Origin: the human T2T-CHM13v2.0 reference genome, Homo sapiens
Length of the DNA: 64,000 bases
Assembly (NCBI RefSeq): GCF_009914755.1
Contig: NC_060925.1
Reading direction: 5' to 3' (one strand)
Shown here: in pieces, positions 45,022-62,399 of the stretch
How positions within the stretch are numbered: position 1 is the first letter of the stretch
Layout: every line of letters starts with the position of its first letter
Program-made: the position numbers and the translations under genes
The notes under the pieces: model-generated
The model's database searches: none
What the model was told of the DNA's origin: nothing
What the model saw: only the letters and a program-made list of their open reading frames with translations

Positions 45022-45428
45022 ATATTAGTTTACTAGGCCTGTCATAATAAAATACCACAGACTGGGTGGCTTAAACAGAAATTTATTGTCTTGCAGTTCT
45101 GGAGGCCTCAAGTCTGAGATCGAGGTGTTGGCAAATTTGATGTCCCCTGAGGCCTCTTTCCATGACATGCAGATGGCTATCTTTTCCCTGGGTCTTCACA
45201 TGGCCTTGTGCACACGTGCACACACATCTCTGTTGTCCCTGTGTGTCCTAATATTTCCTTATGTCACCAGTCATATTCGATAAAAGTACACCTCAATGGA
45301 CTAATTTTAACTTAATCCCCTCTTTAAAGACCTTGTCTGCAAATACACTCACATTCTCAGGTACTAGAGGTTAGGGCTTCAACATATAATCAGCATATTT
45401 GGGGCAGCCCAGTTCAGTCCATAACAGA
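45022..45428 (-). mobile_element. MLT1A/B-like LTR
   Basis: aaataccacagactgggtggcttaaac...gttagggcttcaacatat...gttcagtccataaca. Confidence 0.85.
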
Positions 45429-46876
45429 TACTTTTTGGTTTGTGCACTGCAGCTAGAGGATGAGCTACAAATGTTACTTTGGAGTGGAGGGACTGGGGAG
45501 TTGCTTTTAAGTCCAGGGGTGGGTGGGGGTGTTGTGTTGTGCAGCTGAGCTGTGGACTTCTTTTGTAAACCCCCAAAAAGAGGTGCCTTAAGGGGAGAAG
45601 CAAATAGTGTCTGATGACTCTACTGGGAACCAGGGATATAAACAGATATTTCATGCAGAGCATATTCTCTCAGGCTGCGTTTATAATCTCAGGTAGGTTC
45701 AGGAAGCATTGCTTTATTTGAGGCATGGCCCCCTGGTGGAAAGAGAAGTGGCTGTCTCTGCACATAAGGGAAAGAGTCTGGGGGAAGGGAGCCTTATTGA
45801 TAACCATCACAGGACAGCAGGCATCCCAGCAAGTGAGAACACAGATTTTCTTTCTTTTCTTCTTCCTTCCTTCCTTTTCCTCTTCTACTCCTTTCGTCCC
45901 CTATTGGTTGGAGGAGAGAGTATGATGAGAGAGGAACAGAGACTAAAGGAATGGTTGGGGGAATTGGAAGCTGACAATGGGGGCAAGCCTGTGTGAATCC
46001 CCTACATTGGCAGGAACCCAGTTGCCTGATAACTGTCATTTTAATGGAGGAGGTCATAGGAAGAGTTTGATGATACTTTGCATATCAAATCATGGCTCAG
46101 ACAAGGGAAGTCAAAAGCCCTTTCCAACAGCATCTAAAAAATTAAGAAATGATTTGAGAATTATTGGAATGATTTGAGGAATAATTTGTTATATTTTATA
46201 TCACTTGGTAAGCAGTTCTATAATATAGTTTAGTGTATTAAGAAAATAAAAATATATTTAAAATTTGGGATTTATATTTATTTATATAGTACTTTATATT
46301 CCTGTTAAAATATCTTGAATATGACTCCAAGGGACAAGGTAGTTGAAAGTGCAGATGAGTTATTTAAGTGGCTATTATAAGGATTAAGCAAGATAAGAAG
46401 AGAATGTGGTCCTTTGGTATTAGGAAAGTCAGTTTTAGAAGATCCCCAGATTGGTCTTAACTTTTCTAGTCTGTGAGGTCTCCTTGTAAGAGGTAAGGCT
46501 TGCTCAGTGAGGTGAAGTAGAAAGAGATCAACTTTGCCATCAGACCTGGGCTTTTATGTTTTAATATTCCATATCGCTGTAACCTTGGAACAAAGTGTAC
46601 AACCTATTTGAATTTCAGCTTTCTTTCCTTTAGCATGAGAACATTAATAGCTACCTCCTGGATTTTTTGGAAATTAAATACATTTATGGAAAGCATTTAT
46701 TTTGTTTGGCATATAACCATTAACAAATGTTCATTCCTGACCTTTCTTGAATTTAGCAAAATTAATCTATAATATTGTACTAAATTTTAACATTTATTTT
46801 CATTTTGGATAAAAACTCAGTGGTACCAATTTGCTCAATACTCGTTCTTCAGTGCTGATGTAAAAACCCTGCCTAG

Positions 46877-47505
<629 letters not shown>

Positions 47506-47769
47506 CCCTACTCAGACAAAATCCAAATTAGTGGAATTCTATTTAGAGTTTACTGTTGGTAGTATAAGCACACATACTTTACAAAGCTGAGGCATATAGA
47601 TATATTTATTTTCAGTGTGCACTTCATGTATTTGAAAGTAGATTTTTAGCAGAGTGGCCTGTGAATCCAATATAAATCTGATTTCATTTTAACATTTCAG
47701 TGATTGATTTGGTGACGCTAACTTGTTTTAAAAATTCATGTGGTACTCAGAGAAATAGTTACAAGTGCA

Positions 47770-48335
47770 GTTTTTAAAAATTGAGACATTACATACCACA
47801 TAATTAAATTTTAAATTGAATAATTCATTTGTTTTTACTGTTTCCACAAGGTTATGTACTTATCACTGTCTAATACCAGAACATTTCATCACGCTCAAAA
47901 GAAACCTCCTACCTATTAGCGGTCATTCCCCATTCCCCGTTCTCCTAATACCAGGGTTAGCCCCTGGTCACCACTAATCTACTTTTGTCTCTATGGTAAT
48001 TTGTCTATTCTGGATATCTCATATAAATTGAATCAAACCATGTATGGCCTCTTGCGTCTGGTTTCTTAGAGCATGTTTTCAGAGTTCAGCTATGTCATAG
48101 CATGTATCTGTATTTCATTCCTTTTTAATAGCTGAATTATAGTCTGTTTTATGGATATACTGTATTTTGTTAATCTATCATCAGTTGGTGGACTTTTGGG
48201 TTGTTTATACTTTTTGGCCTTTGTGAATAATAACTGCTGTTAATATTTGCCTACAAGTCTTTGTGTGAATATATGCTTTCAGCTCTTTTGGGTGTATATA
48301 CCTAGGAGCGGAATTACCGAATCATATGTTAAACA
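47770..48335 (-). mobile_element. L1MB 3' end, antisense
   Basis: ccactaatctacttttgtctctatgg...tctattctggatatctcatataaat. Confidence 0.82.
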
Positions 48336-48854
48336 ATTTCTGAAAAAGCATTAAAAACCAAGAAACAAAGTTGAGTCATGTGAGGTTCAAATTTATAATG
48401 AAACCTTTGTCATATCTGTTTGCTTTTATATATAGTTTTTGATGGAGATTTGGACTGGATGTATATTGCTTAAATATTAAAGGAATATGTAAAAATAATC
48501 AGAAGCCTTTAACTGGGTTTCCCTGTTATATGTTCTAATGGGAGAACAAGGAAAAAAATAACAATTTACATAAAAGCAACCTACAGACTTCTCTCTTACT
48601 GGCAGCTGATTCTGTAAATAATTCTAATTGGATTTCATCCAAGGCTAAGACAGAAGGGGAAGGCATTGTTTGATGGAATATGGCAGTACGTTGAAAATTT
48701 TCACCTTGGGGATTATTCACTGAAAATAGCGGATGTCCTTTTTATCAGGTTGAAACATAACTTGTTTAAACATCCTCTTACCTACATGTGACCAAAAATG
48801 CTTTTCAGTGTTTTGGGCCAGATGTCCTTGAACTTTCTCCACATTATAGCATGA

Positions 48855-49227
<373 letters not shown>

Positions 49228-50244
49228 TAACTTTTGTTAACACATTTCAAGGACAACTTATATAATGACTAGATATACTTGAAAATTAAATAACTGACAC
49301 TCACCCATATTTAATAGAGATTGACACCAAAGATAAATTTTGAGGACTCTTATTCCATATTCTCTCTTTTCCCTATTAAAAAATAAATCAGGACCTCAAA
49401 TTCTGCCCTTCATCAGTTTGAACACTAACCTTGTTAGAAAGTATTTTAACTTAAGTACAACTAGATAGTTCTGAATAATTGAATACCAAATTTTAAAATA
49501 TTTTTTTTGTTGAGGCACTTAGTTTCATAGACCTTGGTGAGGAGAAACAGATTATTAGAAGGAATTTACGGGAAAAAGTTGAGTCTCTTGTACATATGAG
49601 TTGCTATCTTTGGGAGAGGGCCAAGGAGCAAAGTCGTCTGGGCATTGTCCCCACCCTCAGAGTTCTAGGGTGCAAAATAGGTGATCAGACAGCTGTTTGT
49701 AATCTAAAACTGACTGAAACATTTAATTGAAGTACAAGTTTTATATAGTGAGAATGAAGAGACGAGTGCCGCCTTGATTGGGGTGTATTAAAACATTTAA
49801 ACTATTGTTGTAGGTAGAGAAAGATGTGAGAGAAGGCTTCATAGTCACAGAATGACATGGAATCATGAAAGTATATAGTGTGTTTGGAAGACTACAGAAT
49901 AAGGTTAAGCAAAACATGGAGAAAAGCTGAACCAGGAATTTAGTGTGGAAAAATGTTGAGAAAAATGGGTATGTTTTATATGGAGATGACTGTCAAGAAG
50001 CAGGTAAGATGGGAAGGGTGTGAGCTTTTGAATTCTAGAAACTTTCACTATTTACTGTGTGACTTGGCTGAATTTCTTAACTTCTCTATGCCTCAATTTG
50101 TTCATTAAGGATAGTAATAGTCACATAAGGTTATAGTGAGCATTAAAAAGATGGATGTAAAGTTCCAGATCCATACTCTTAACATGTAGTAGACATTCAA
50201 GACTTAGTAAACTATTATTTTATTTTTAAAAAGTTTGTTGAGGG

Positions 50245-50800
50245 CTTCTGGGTGATACCCCTAAATAATTGAAAGCACGACTTGAACAGGTATGAATAGT
50301 CATGTTTACAGCAGCATTACTTAGAAAAGCCAAAAGGTGGAAGTGACTCAGTTGTCTCTCTATAGATGAGTGAATAAACAAAGTGTGGTATATGCATACA
50401 ATAGAATATTATTCAGCCTTAAACAGGAAATTCTGACATATGTTACAACGTGGATGAAGCTTGAAGACATTATGCAAAGTGAAATAAGCCAATCACAAAA
50501 GGGCAAATACTGTATTTGTTACTTACATGAGGTACCCAGAGTAGTCAAAATCATAGAGACAAGAAAGTAGAATGGTGGTTGGCAGGAGCTGAGGGGAGGA
50601 GGGATGGGGAGTTAGATTAAGAAATGCTAGGTCCAGAGTTTCATTTTGGAAAGATTAATACAAGAATTCTGTAGATGAATGGTAATAATGGTTGTACAAC
50701 ATTATGAATGTATTTAATATGCTAAACTGTACACTTAAAAATGGCTAAGCTGGTAAATGTTATGTTTGTTTTACCACAATTAAACGGAGAAAAAATAAAA
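50245..50800 (+). mobile_element. L1MB 3' end, sense
   Basis: ggatgaagcttgaagacattatgcaaagtgaaataagccaatcacaaaagg. Confidence 0.85.
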
Positions 50801-53040
50801 ATGAAACTGCTAATTTTTAAAAAAATCAAACGAATTCTAACCACTTCAGCTCTTTAAGCAAGATGCCATAATTCATTTTGTTGGGAGTAAATATTGCTTA
50901 CTGTATTGCAGTATTTGGCTTACAGAGATGATTGGAGTAAAAGCACATCTTAAGAGTTTGCTGCTGCTCAAGGAAAGACTGAAATTCCTGTTTTCCTAGG
51001 TCCTCTGTGATAATTAAGGATTTTGTCCCAGGGTAGATGTCCATTTGTAGAATAGAGTCCTTAAGGAGTTTTTGGACATGCAAGAGTAGAAATGGAGCTA
51101 AGTTGAGGGGAGGAACCAAAGAGCCTTGGATAATGAAAGATGAATAATTTTAAATTTCATAGTTGCACAATGGAAGAGGGGAAAGAAAAGCAATAGACAA
51201 TCAAAAAGCAAAGTACTATTTTTAAAACTACTCCTGCTTCTGAATGAATGTTATTGAACAAAGATGACAATTACGGAGACAATGATATGGTAAAATATCA
51301 TGCATTTGTCCATGGAAGAAAAAAGTTTGTTCACCTTCATTAGTTGTAAAAAGTTGTTTTGTCCGTGAGTCAATTCAAAACATGGAAAATGGTTTTAGTG
51401 AATTTATTTTTAAAAATAATTTGTAATTAGTAAAATCAACTAGGTACAACTAAATGCCAGGCCTGGGCCTCAGTTGTAAAAGTACTAGATGCCATGATCT
51501 TGATGGTACTTTTAAAATTTGGAATATTTTGAACTATTCTTCCACTGAAATATGAAAAAAAAAGTACTTGAATGAAACTAAACTATATGGCAGCCAAACA
51601 GAAATGCTATTTGTTTCTGCAACAAGGCACTGCTGAATGATACAGAATATTAGTAGTATGTTGTTGCTAAAGTGTTTGTGGTCTAATCAACAGCTACATA
51701 TGAAATAATACTAAATTTAACAAATAGGATCGACAGTGTTACATTGGGCGAGATGGAGAGAATAACAGCCCCCTTTCCATGTAAGGCTGCTTATCCTGTT
51801 TGTTGAATTTAATATTATTCAAGGCTCAGGAAAATATGTGTGTATTGCCTTCAACTGACATAGTTCTACTTTTTATACTGTCTCCCTACCTACCTATTGC
51901 CATGTATAAGACAGGCACCTTGCCAGTTGTGTTTGATTCTGACCATTTAAAGCAGTGCTATTTTTTGCTCAACATGCATACAGATATATGTTTATGTACC
52001 CATCTTGGAAATGCAAGCCTTTGTGAGTTATGACTTAACTATAGCATGAATTGAGGCTGATAATGTAAGTGGGGGTGAAATTAAGCATGGTCTTATAAGC
52101 CACGTTAATGGTTTTGCCCTGTATTCTGAGCGCCATGGGAAGCTATTTGGGCTTTAAACTGGGGAATGATGTCGTTACATATTAAAAAGGCAGACAGTCT
52201 GCAGTGTGAGAATGGATGTGAAGAGGTCAAGAATAGATGGGGGGAGACCAGGACATGCTTAGAATTGGCAAAACTTGAGAGAACCAGGTTTGGAAGGAAG
52301 GTAGTGAGTTCATTGTTGGAAGTGTTGATTTTGAGGTATCTTTGGTAAGGATGTCAGATACTCATTTGGATGTGAGTGCCTGTTGGCCAGAGATGTGAAG
52401 TTTAAGGGCAGCAAGGTTACTTGAAACCAAGTATAGATGAACTGGAGGGAACCTAGGACTGATAGAGGCAGAGACTTAAGAAGACATGACTAGAGAGGTG
52501 GAAAAGTGGGAAATCAGGAGATGATGCTGTCAAAGGAATCAAAGGAAAACTTGTTCAAAGAGGGGAAGTGGCACAAAATGCTGAATGCTGCCGAGATGAA
52601 GACGGAAAGAATGTCCATTAGTCTTATTTATTATGGTAATCTTAGCAAGAACTATTTTGTTTTAGAGATGTACCCAAGCTAGATTGAAGTAGGTTGAGAA
52701 GTGTGAGATGAAGTTATTGAGGAAATGATGTAGCCAGCTACTTCAAGAAACTTAGCTCTGAGGAGGAGGAGACAGATGGAGCAATAGTTGAGAGGAAATA
52801 TAGGGTTCATGGATAGGACAGATCTGAGTGTGTTTCAGTATTTCTGTAAGATTCAGTATAGAACATAAAGTGAGAACACCTAGTATGTTAAAGGGAGAAT
52901 TCATGTGAAGCTCCCAGCTGGTACTGAATCTTGATCCTGAACCTAATACAGTGACTAGCCACAGAAAATGGAACACCTTCTCTAGGTAGTAGGGCTGAAG
53001 GAGAAGTAATACCATTATTTATTTTCCTAATTCCTTATTG

Positions 53041-53687
53041 TATTCATCAGGCTCCAAACAGGAAACAGAAATTAGATGGTAATATGAACAGGGAAAGTTA
53101 AATACAACATACAGACTTATTAACCATATAGGGTATTATAAGAGTAAAAGAGAACTCTAAAGAGTACTGGAATCTCAGATAGAGTGAGCAGCCACTACCC
53201 CTAGGGCGGAGGCAGAGCACCCAAGGAACTAAATTTGGCAGAACCCAACCCTCACCCTTCACAGGATGAGGTCCAGACCATGCTGGAGAGGGTGGGCATG
53301 TCCCATCGGCTGGCAGAGACATTTGCTGAGCTGTTGTGCTGATGGACTCTCTGGGAAGCTGTCCATGGGGAAATGCCATGGAAAGGAATTCCCTGCCCAA
53401 GGAGGTGGCTTACTGGGAAGCCATTCTCTGGAGTACAAAAGAAGCTGTCCCCAGGCAGGTGCTACATGCTGTTGGCCACCTTGAAGTGCTGGCTGCCCCA
53501 TACTCAGGGCTGTGAAGAGGGGCACAGCAGAACCAGGCAGAGAGCTCTTTACAGTTCTTTAAGCACCTAGCACCCTGTACTGACAAAGCTTAATATATTG
53601 CCAGCTGGCATAGGAGACATGCTTTAAGTATCCACCTCCTTCTTCTGAAATAATGGAACTAAGAGACAAAAATTGACAAGTGATACA
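53041..53687. mobile_element. Solo LTR (ERVL/MaLR class, family not identified)
   Basis: TG...CA bounded GC-richer block (tgtattcatcagg...gtgataca) in an AT-rich intron. Confidence 0.55.
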
Positions 53688-54308
53688 GCTATTACTGGTC
53701 TTTTAACTTTAAAAAATTTTTTTTGCTGTAGTGACAAACATCCTTATATGTAAATCTTTGTGCATATCTTCTTGTTTAGCTCATAAGAGGCTAACCACAT
53801 TAGAGCATGGAGATGTGATTATGCATCTTTACGTTTTGCTGTTTGCTTTTGTGTGCATGAAGTATCTTTAGAAGGAAATGAGAAATAGAGATTTTCTTTG
53901 GGGGGGAACTGGGCGGTGTCACCTATTCATAAAACTAAAAATTCATAAAATTAAACATTTAATTAAAAATATTTTTAATTATAAATATAAATGACATCAT
54001 CTGTTTTGTTAAACTTAACCTCGTTAATGTTTAATTTCTCAGAACATTATGGTTTGTTAAATTGTCCCTTCTGACCTATATTTGGGCATCATTTGCAGCT
54101 CAGAATGAGTCAGGATATTTTCATTTAGTTAAGTTTCCTCTTAGTGCTATCAAAACCAGGGTCACCCATTTTCCCTTGTATCCTGGACCTTTGCCTGGCA
54201 TTTGATGTGATGATACTACAGCTGTTAGCCTCCCCAACACTGTTGCTGCCATACCAGAAGTGTAGTGGCAGGTGGGGGAGACTTGTGAGTAGCAGGACTC
54301 TGTCATAA

Positions 54309-54828
<520 letters not shown>

Positions 54829-55145
54829 CAGAAAGTAGTTGTTTTAAAACACTTGGAAAAGTATAGTACTGTAGACATGTAACAAAATTGCACTTGTGCC
54901 CTTTACATTTATATAAACATTTTTAAAAGTATTTAAGTTACATTTTGATCTTTACCAAAATTTACTCTTCAATTCAAGGGTTGTTTCTGTCTTGTACAAA
55001 ATTGTATTGCATAGCTCTCTTTTTTTTTTCTTAAACTACCAAAGCAGAAAGGAGTTATCTAGTCTTAGATCCATTTTGAACTATGAAAAGATAAACGGTA
55101 TTTTGACACTTACCTACATTAGTTAAAAGTGATTTTGCCTATTAA

Positions 55146-55479
<334 letters not shown>

Positions 55480-55596
55480 CAAATGATTCTTAATTTTATG
55501 TCTCATTTGTTTGAATCATTGCTTCGTTACCCAGCAAAATAAAACAAATTAATTTATATAATTTTTATTAAAGCCTATCAAAATTATGGAATAGGC

Positions 55597-55922
<326 letters not shown>

Positions 55923-56328
55923 TAAGCTTTTCTTAAATCCTAATTACTTAAACTCTTAAAAAAATTTTTTTTCTGGCTGGGCACAGTGGCCCAGAGATTA
56001 CAGGCGCCCGCCACCATGTCCAGCTAATTTTTGTATTTTTAGTAGAGTTGGGGTTTTACTGTGTTGGCCAGGCTGGTCTCCATCTCCTGACCTGAAGTGA
56101 TCCACCCGCCTTGGCCTTTTAAAGTGCTGGGATTACAGGCGTGAGCCACCGCGCCTGGTCCCCAGGCCATTCTTTCTATTCTAAGTGTCTAGTCTAGTAC
56201 TGGCATTGTAGTAGGCATCCATTAAGCTTTTTTTTGAACTAGATGATGATCAATATGAAGTTTTTTTATTATGACATTCTTACTAATTAAGTGCTTATTC
56301 TTAGTAATTTTCTTTGTCACGCTTTCAG

Positions 56329-56456
56329 GACTACAGGAATATGTGGAAGCTGTCTCTTTTCAACACTTCATCAAAACACGATCATTAATTAGTATGGATG
56401 AAATTAATAAACAATTGATATTTACGACTGAAGACAATGGGAAAGAAAATAAAACT
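56329..56456 (+). CDS. TSNAX: TSNAX exon 5 ([14 protein letters not shown]...KENKT; contains catalytic E126/E129)
   Basis: gctttcAG acceptor, ACT|GTGAGA donor; 128 nt; conserved GLQEYVEA motif, also seen in ORF-track entry 56271..56468. Confidence 0.97.
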
Positions 56457-56699
56457 GTGAGAATTTAAAATTTATTTCACATTTATTATATAATTTATGT
56501 AACAGTATGACGATTCTAGTAGATTTACTGGCTTATGCTAAGATTGAGATGGGAATGTTCTTTCTAAAGTATGGTTTTGTAGAGTCTCAACTAGGAAATG
56601 GTCTTTTTAAATATTTCAGTTAGTGGATAGAACAAGAACAACTCTGGGCATATTGGGAAAGTAATGCTCTTTACCTAAAGCATTATGGAGTGCTTACTG

Positions 56700-56940
56700 T
56701 AAGTCCTCTTTTGGTTTTACTCTCTATTTTTCACTTGCCCTTTGTAAGCACTGTCTTATTTAATCCTTTTATTAACCATATGTGGTAAGCATTATTACTC
56801 TCATTTTACAGAGAAAGAAACAGACTTTTAGAGAGGTTAAGTAACTTGCCAGAAGCCACAACTAAAAAGTGTGGCAGAGCTAAGATTTGAAGTTAGGTAT
56901 TTTGAATCCAAGCCTGTGCCCTTGTCCACTCTGCCAGCGC
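56700..56940 (-). mobile_element. MIR SINE
   Basis: cattttacagagaaagaaacagactttagagaggttaagtaacttgcc. Confidence 0.78.
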
Positions 56941-58544
56941 TTCTCACAGTGTGCTACAGGGATCCCTTGCATCAGGTACCTACCTCAAAGGGTTGTTTTA
57001 AAGGATTTGACTTAAAGGTTATTAATTAGGCAATATACAGCAGCACCTGACACGTAATATACATTATATACAGCACCTGACACGGAAGTGCTCAGTAGTT
57101 TGCCATTATAAAGTAGTTTTTATATAGTGAGAGCTGTTAATCATTTACTCAATTCATAATGCTTATATCTGAAATTTATGTAGCTTTTCTGAATTAAGAA
57201 AAACTTTGCAGTTTGACTTTTAAACAAATACTATTTTTTTCCTTCTGGGTTTCAAGATATAACAGGCAGTAAGGTAAGCTGTATTGACTATTTGATACTT
57301 TCTGAGATACCAGTACACTTAAAATTAAATATTTTAAAATAATTTATATTATTTAAATAATTGTTTAAATATTAAATTATTAAATTATTAATTTAATTTA
57401 CTAAATATTAAATATTTAATTATTTTAAAAATTTTCTTTATTTTTTCTTTTAAAAATTATTTTTAAAAACACCATATATTAAGGATAGGTAGGCAGGAGA
57501 TGGAAGACACTGTAGAAATAATATTTTCTTGAATATCAACTAAAATATTAATACAAATGAGACTAATTTGGCATGACAGGTATAACTTACTTTAAGGAAG
57601 CCATGTATTAACTTTAAGTTATATGAAGTGTATTAAGGAGGAAATTTATTTTGAGAAGTAAAATTTCTTCATATTTTTTATTCATATAGTGTAGACTGAA
57701 TTACACAAAGAAGTAAAGTAGGTCTATTTGACCCTGCTTCTCACGTGATATTAGGGAAGTTACCACACTTTCCTTTAAAGTTCTCTGTGTATCAAAATGA
57801 AAATATTGGGGAAAAGGCCAGAAAATTGAGAGTCAAAGTACTGTTTTCAGGACTTAGGTACCAGATTATTTTAAGATTATGGGGCTATAATATTCATATA
57901 CATGTTTCAAATTGTATAAGACTATGTTCATAAATAAGTTTTAGTGCTAAAGATGCTTGGTGCTGAAATTTCTGGGAATTTGATTGGGAAAGGTATTTTG
58001 CTCTGACTTGCCTGTTGAGAATATTGTCAAAACTATTTAATTTTTATTTTAAAAAGTTTTGTGAAAAATTTCAAACATGCAGAAAAATAGAATGGAAACA
58101 TTAGTGCCACTAACTAGCTATCATATTCCCATAGCTCAACGTCATATTACCTGTGATGTTTCTCGGACCTCATTTCTCATGCTAAATGATGAGGACGTTG
58201 CACCAAATGGTCTCTGCAGAGTCCAAACAGTGCTAGGATTCAAGTATTAGATACATAGCAAAGAGTGATCTTAATAAAGCTGTCTCCCTTGTCTCAGCTT
58301 ATATTTATGTAACTTCCTTTAAACTTTACTCAAAAGAATTATCTCATTAGTTCCTCAAATGCACAATTCTTACCTGTATGCCTTTGTAGTTCCCACTACC
58401 TAAAATGTCCTTTGATGTAACTGCAACTTCACCTACCCTTTTATACATACCGTCTTTTAATAACAATTTAGGCATCGTCTCTACCAGAAAGAATTCAGTA
58501 GAGGGAAATTGATGTGGAGAGAGATTTCATGATGATATCATGAT

Positions 58545-58720
58545 AGCAGCTAGCATTTGTTGAATATTTACTTTGTGTTGGGCATTATGCCAAGAACTTG
58601 GTAAATGTTCTCATTTAACCCTTAAAATAAACCTCTGAGGTAGGTACTGTTATCCCATTTTACAGATGAGGAAACTGAGGTTTAGAGAGATGAAATAACT
58701 TGCCCAAGGGCATACACCTT
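58545..58720 (-). mobile_element. MIR SINE
   Basis: cccattttacagatgaggaaactgagg...aacttgcccaagg. Confidence 0.85.
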
Positions 58721-59681
58721 ATGAAGCAAGGTCCTGGAAGAGGTGGGAGGAGATGGGTCAAGGTCATTTGGAAGAGTTAACCTCAAACAAGAGGAGGGAC
58801 AACTCATCATCTGAGACTGGAGGATAGAAGGTAAAGATGGGTGTGGATATAAATTTTTTTTTTTTTTTTTTTGGTAGGGATAAAGGCAGTTGTGAGAAAT
58901 TGTGCTAGGTAAGCTGGCAAATGACCAGGTCACTGAAATTGGGCAAGGTTGTCTACTGAAAGTGAAGAGGTTTGGGATTTGAGTAGAGCCCTGAGGAGAG
59001 TGGTGAAAGGTTTGAAATTGTGTTTGAAGAGGCTGGAAAGAGAACCATCTAATGATAAGTAAAAGGATTGGAGAGTAATTTGTAGCGGTACAGACTCTGC
59101 AGTTGTGATTACCATTTTTTTTTAACTCAGTGAGTGGTACTCAGCCACCTGAATAAAGGACTAATGAGTATATTTTAGTATTGATTGAGGATTCTGTTTT
59201 TGCTGGGTAGGTGCAGTAGAAAATATAGCAGTCTAAGGGAATTGAGGATGCAGTGAGAGAATAATAAATTGTGATGGTGAGTGCTGAATAGGGAAAGACA
59301 AGAAGCCAGAAAAAGACTGAGCTTCTTAGGAAAACATTAATGGATCACAAACTTGGAGGGCTGTATGGTTTTTCATTTAAGAAAGTAATTGTCGTGCAAT
59401 AAAGTTATTAAGCCTTGTTTAAGAATATTTTTATTTTGTACATCAAGTGGAGTTGGAAATAGTTGGTTTCATAATGATATATTTCAAAAGTATCTTGAAG
59501 TCATCTGGTTCATTTCACTACCCAGGGCACACATTCCTCCTGTAACATCCCAAGTGGTTATTAAGCAAAACAGATTTATTTTATTTAGAAAAAATTAGTA
59601 TGACTGATTTGCTATTGATTTTGTACTTCTATAATAAATGTGATACATGCTATATTCACTCTTTTTCACAGTGTTCTTTCT

Positions 59682-59722
59682 TGTGTGTGTGTGTGTGTGT
59701 TTTTGTTTTGTTTTGTTTTTTT
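59682..59722 (+). repeat. (TG)9 plus (TTTTG)n tract forming the exon 6 acceptor
   Basis: Directly visible immediately before ACCAG|CCC. Confidence 0.95.
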
Positions 59723-59727
59723 ACCAG

Positions 59728-60105
59728 CCCTCCTCTGATGCACAGGATAAGCAGTTTGGTACTTGGAGACTGAGAGTCACACCTGTCGATTACCTTCTGG
59801 GAGTGGCTGACTTAACTGGAGAATTGATGCGGATGTGTATTAACAGTGTGGGGAATGGGGACATTGATACCCCCTTTGAAGTGAGCCAGTTTTTACGTCA
59901 GGTTTATGATGGGTTTTCATTCATTGGCAACACTGGACCTTACGAGGTTTCTAAGAAGCTGTATACCTTGAAACAAAGTTTGGCCAAAGTGGAGAATGCT
60001 TGTTATGCCTTGAAAGTCAGAGGGTCAGAAATTCCAAAACATATGTTGGCAGATGTGTTTTCAGTTAAAACAGAAATGATAGATCAAGAAGAGGGCATTT
60101 CTTAG
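59728..60105 (+). CDS. TSNAX: TSNAX exon 6 coding part (PSSDAQ...[15 protein letters not shown]...EEGIS*; catalytic D193/E197)
   Basis: ttaccAG acceptor; ORF track 59647..60105 contains the TRAX C-terminus; exon sum 16+105+115+131+128+378=873 nt = 290 aa + stop. Confidence 0.98.
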
Positions 60106-61725
<1,620 letters not shown>

Positions 61726-62018
61726 TCTGTTTTTTTGTTTGTTCGTGTTAGTGATGGTGGGTTTTTTGGTTTTGCAACTCACCTGTAGTCAACTCACTAC
61801 AGGTGAGTTGGTGCCATTGCTACTGATATATCTCCACAGTTCATGTCATACTAATACTGTGGGTGTTACGCCAACTCTGAGTCTCACTTTTAAAAATACT
61901 TACTATGATGGCATCATGTGTGGTAACAGTTTTCATCTTTAATAGAAAAAGAAACTGGTTCTAGGTCACATGGTAAGTTACTGACAAAATTCTGAAAGAA
62001 TATTGGGTTCTTTCATAA

Positions 62019-62344
<326 letters not shown>

Positions 62345-62399
62345 TACATCAGTGATTTTTAAAGTACACATTGAGTGCCCTGGGGCTTTTTGAAGGTGT

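Noticed and set aside
59647-59727. Hydrophobic N-terminus [27 protein letters not shown] of the 152-aa ORF, resembling a signal or TM segment
   Set aside because: It is the intronic TG/T-rich acceptor tract read in frame; the real exon starts at 59728 and no internal promoter is evident
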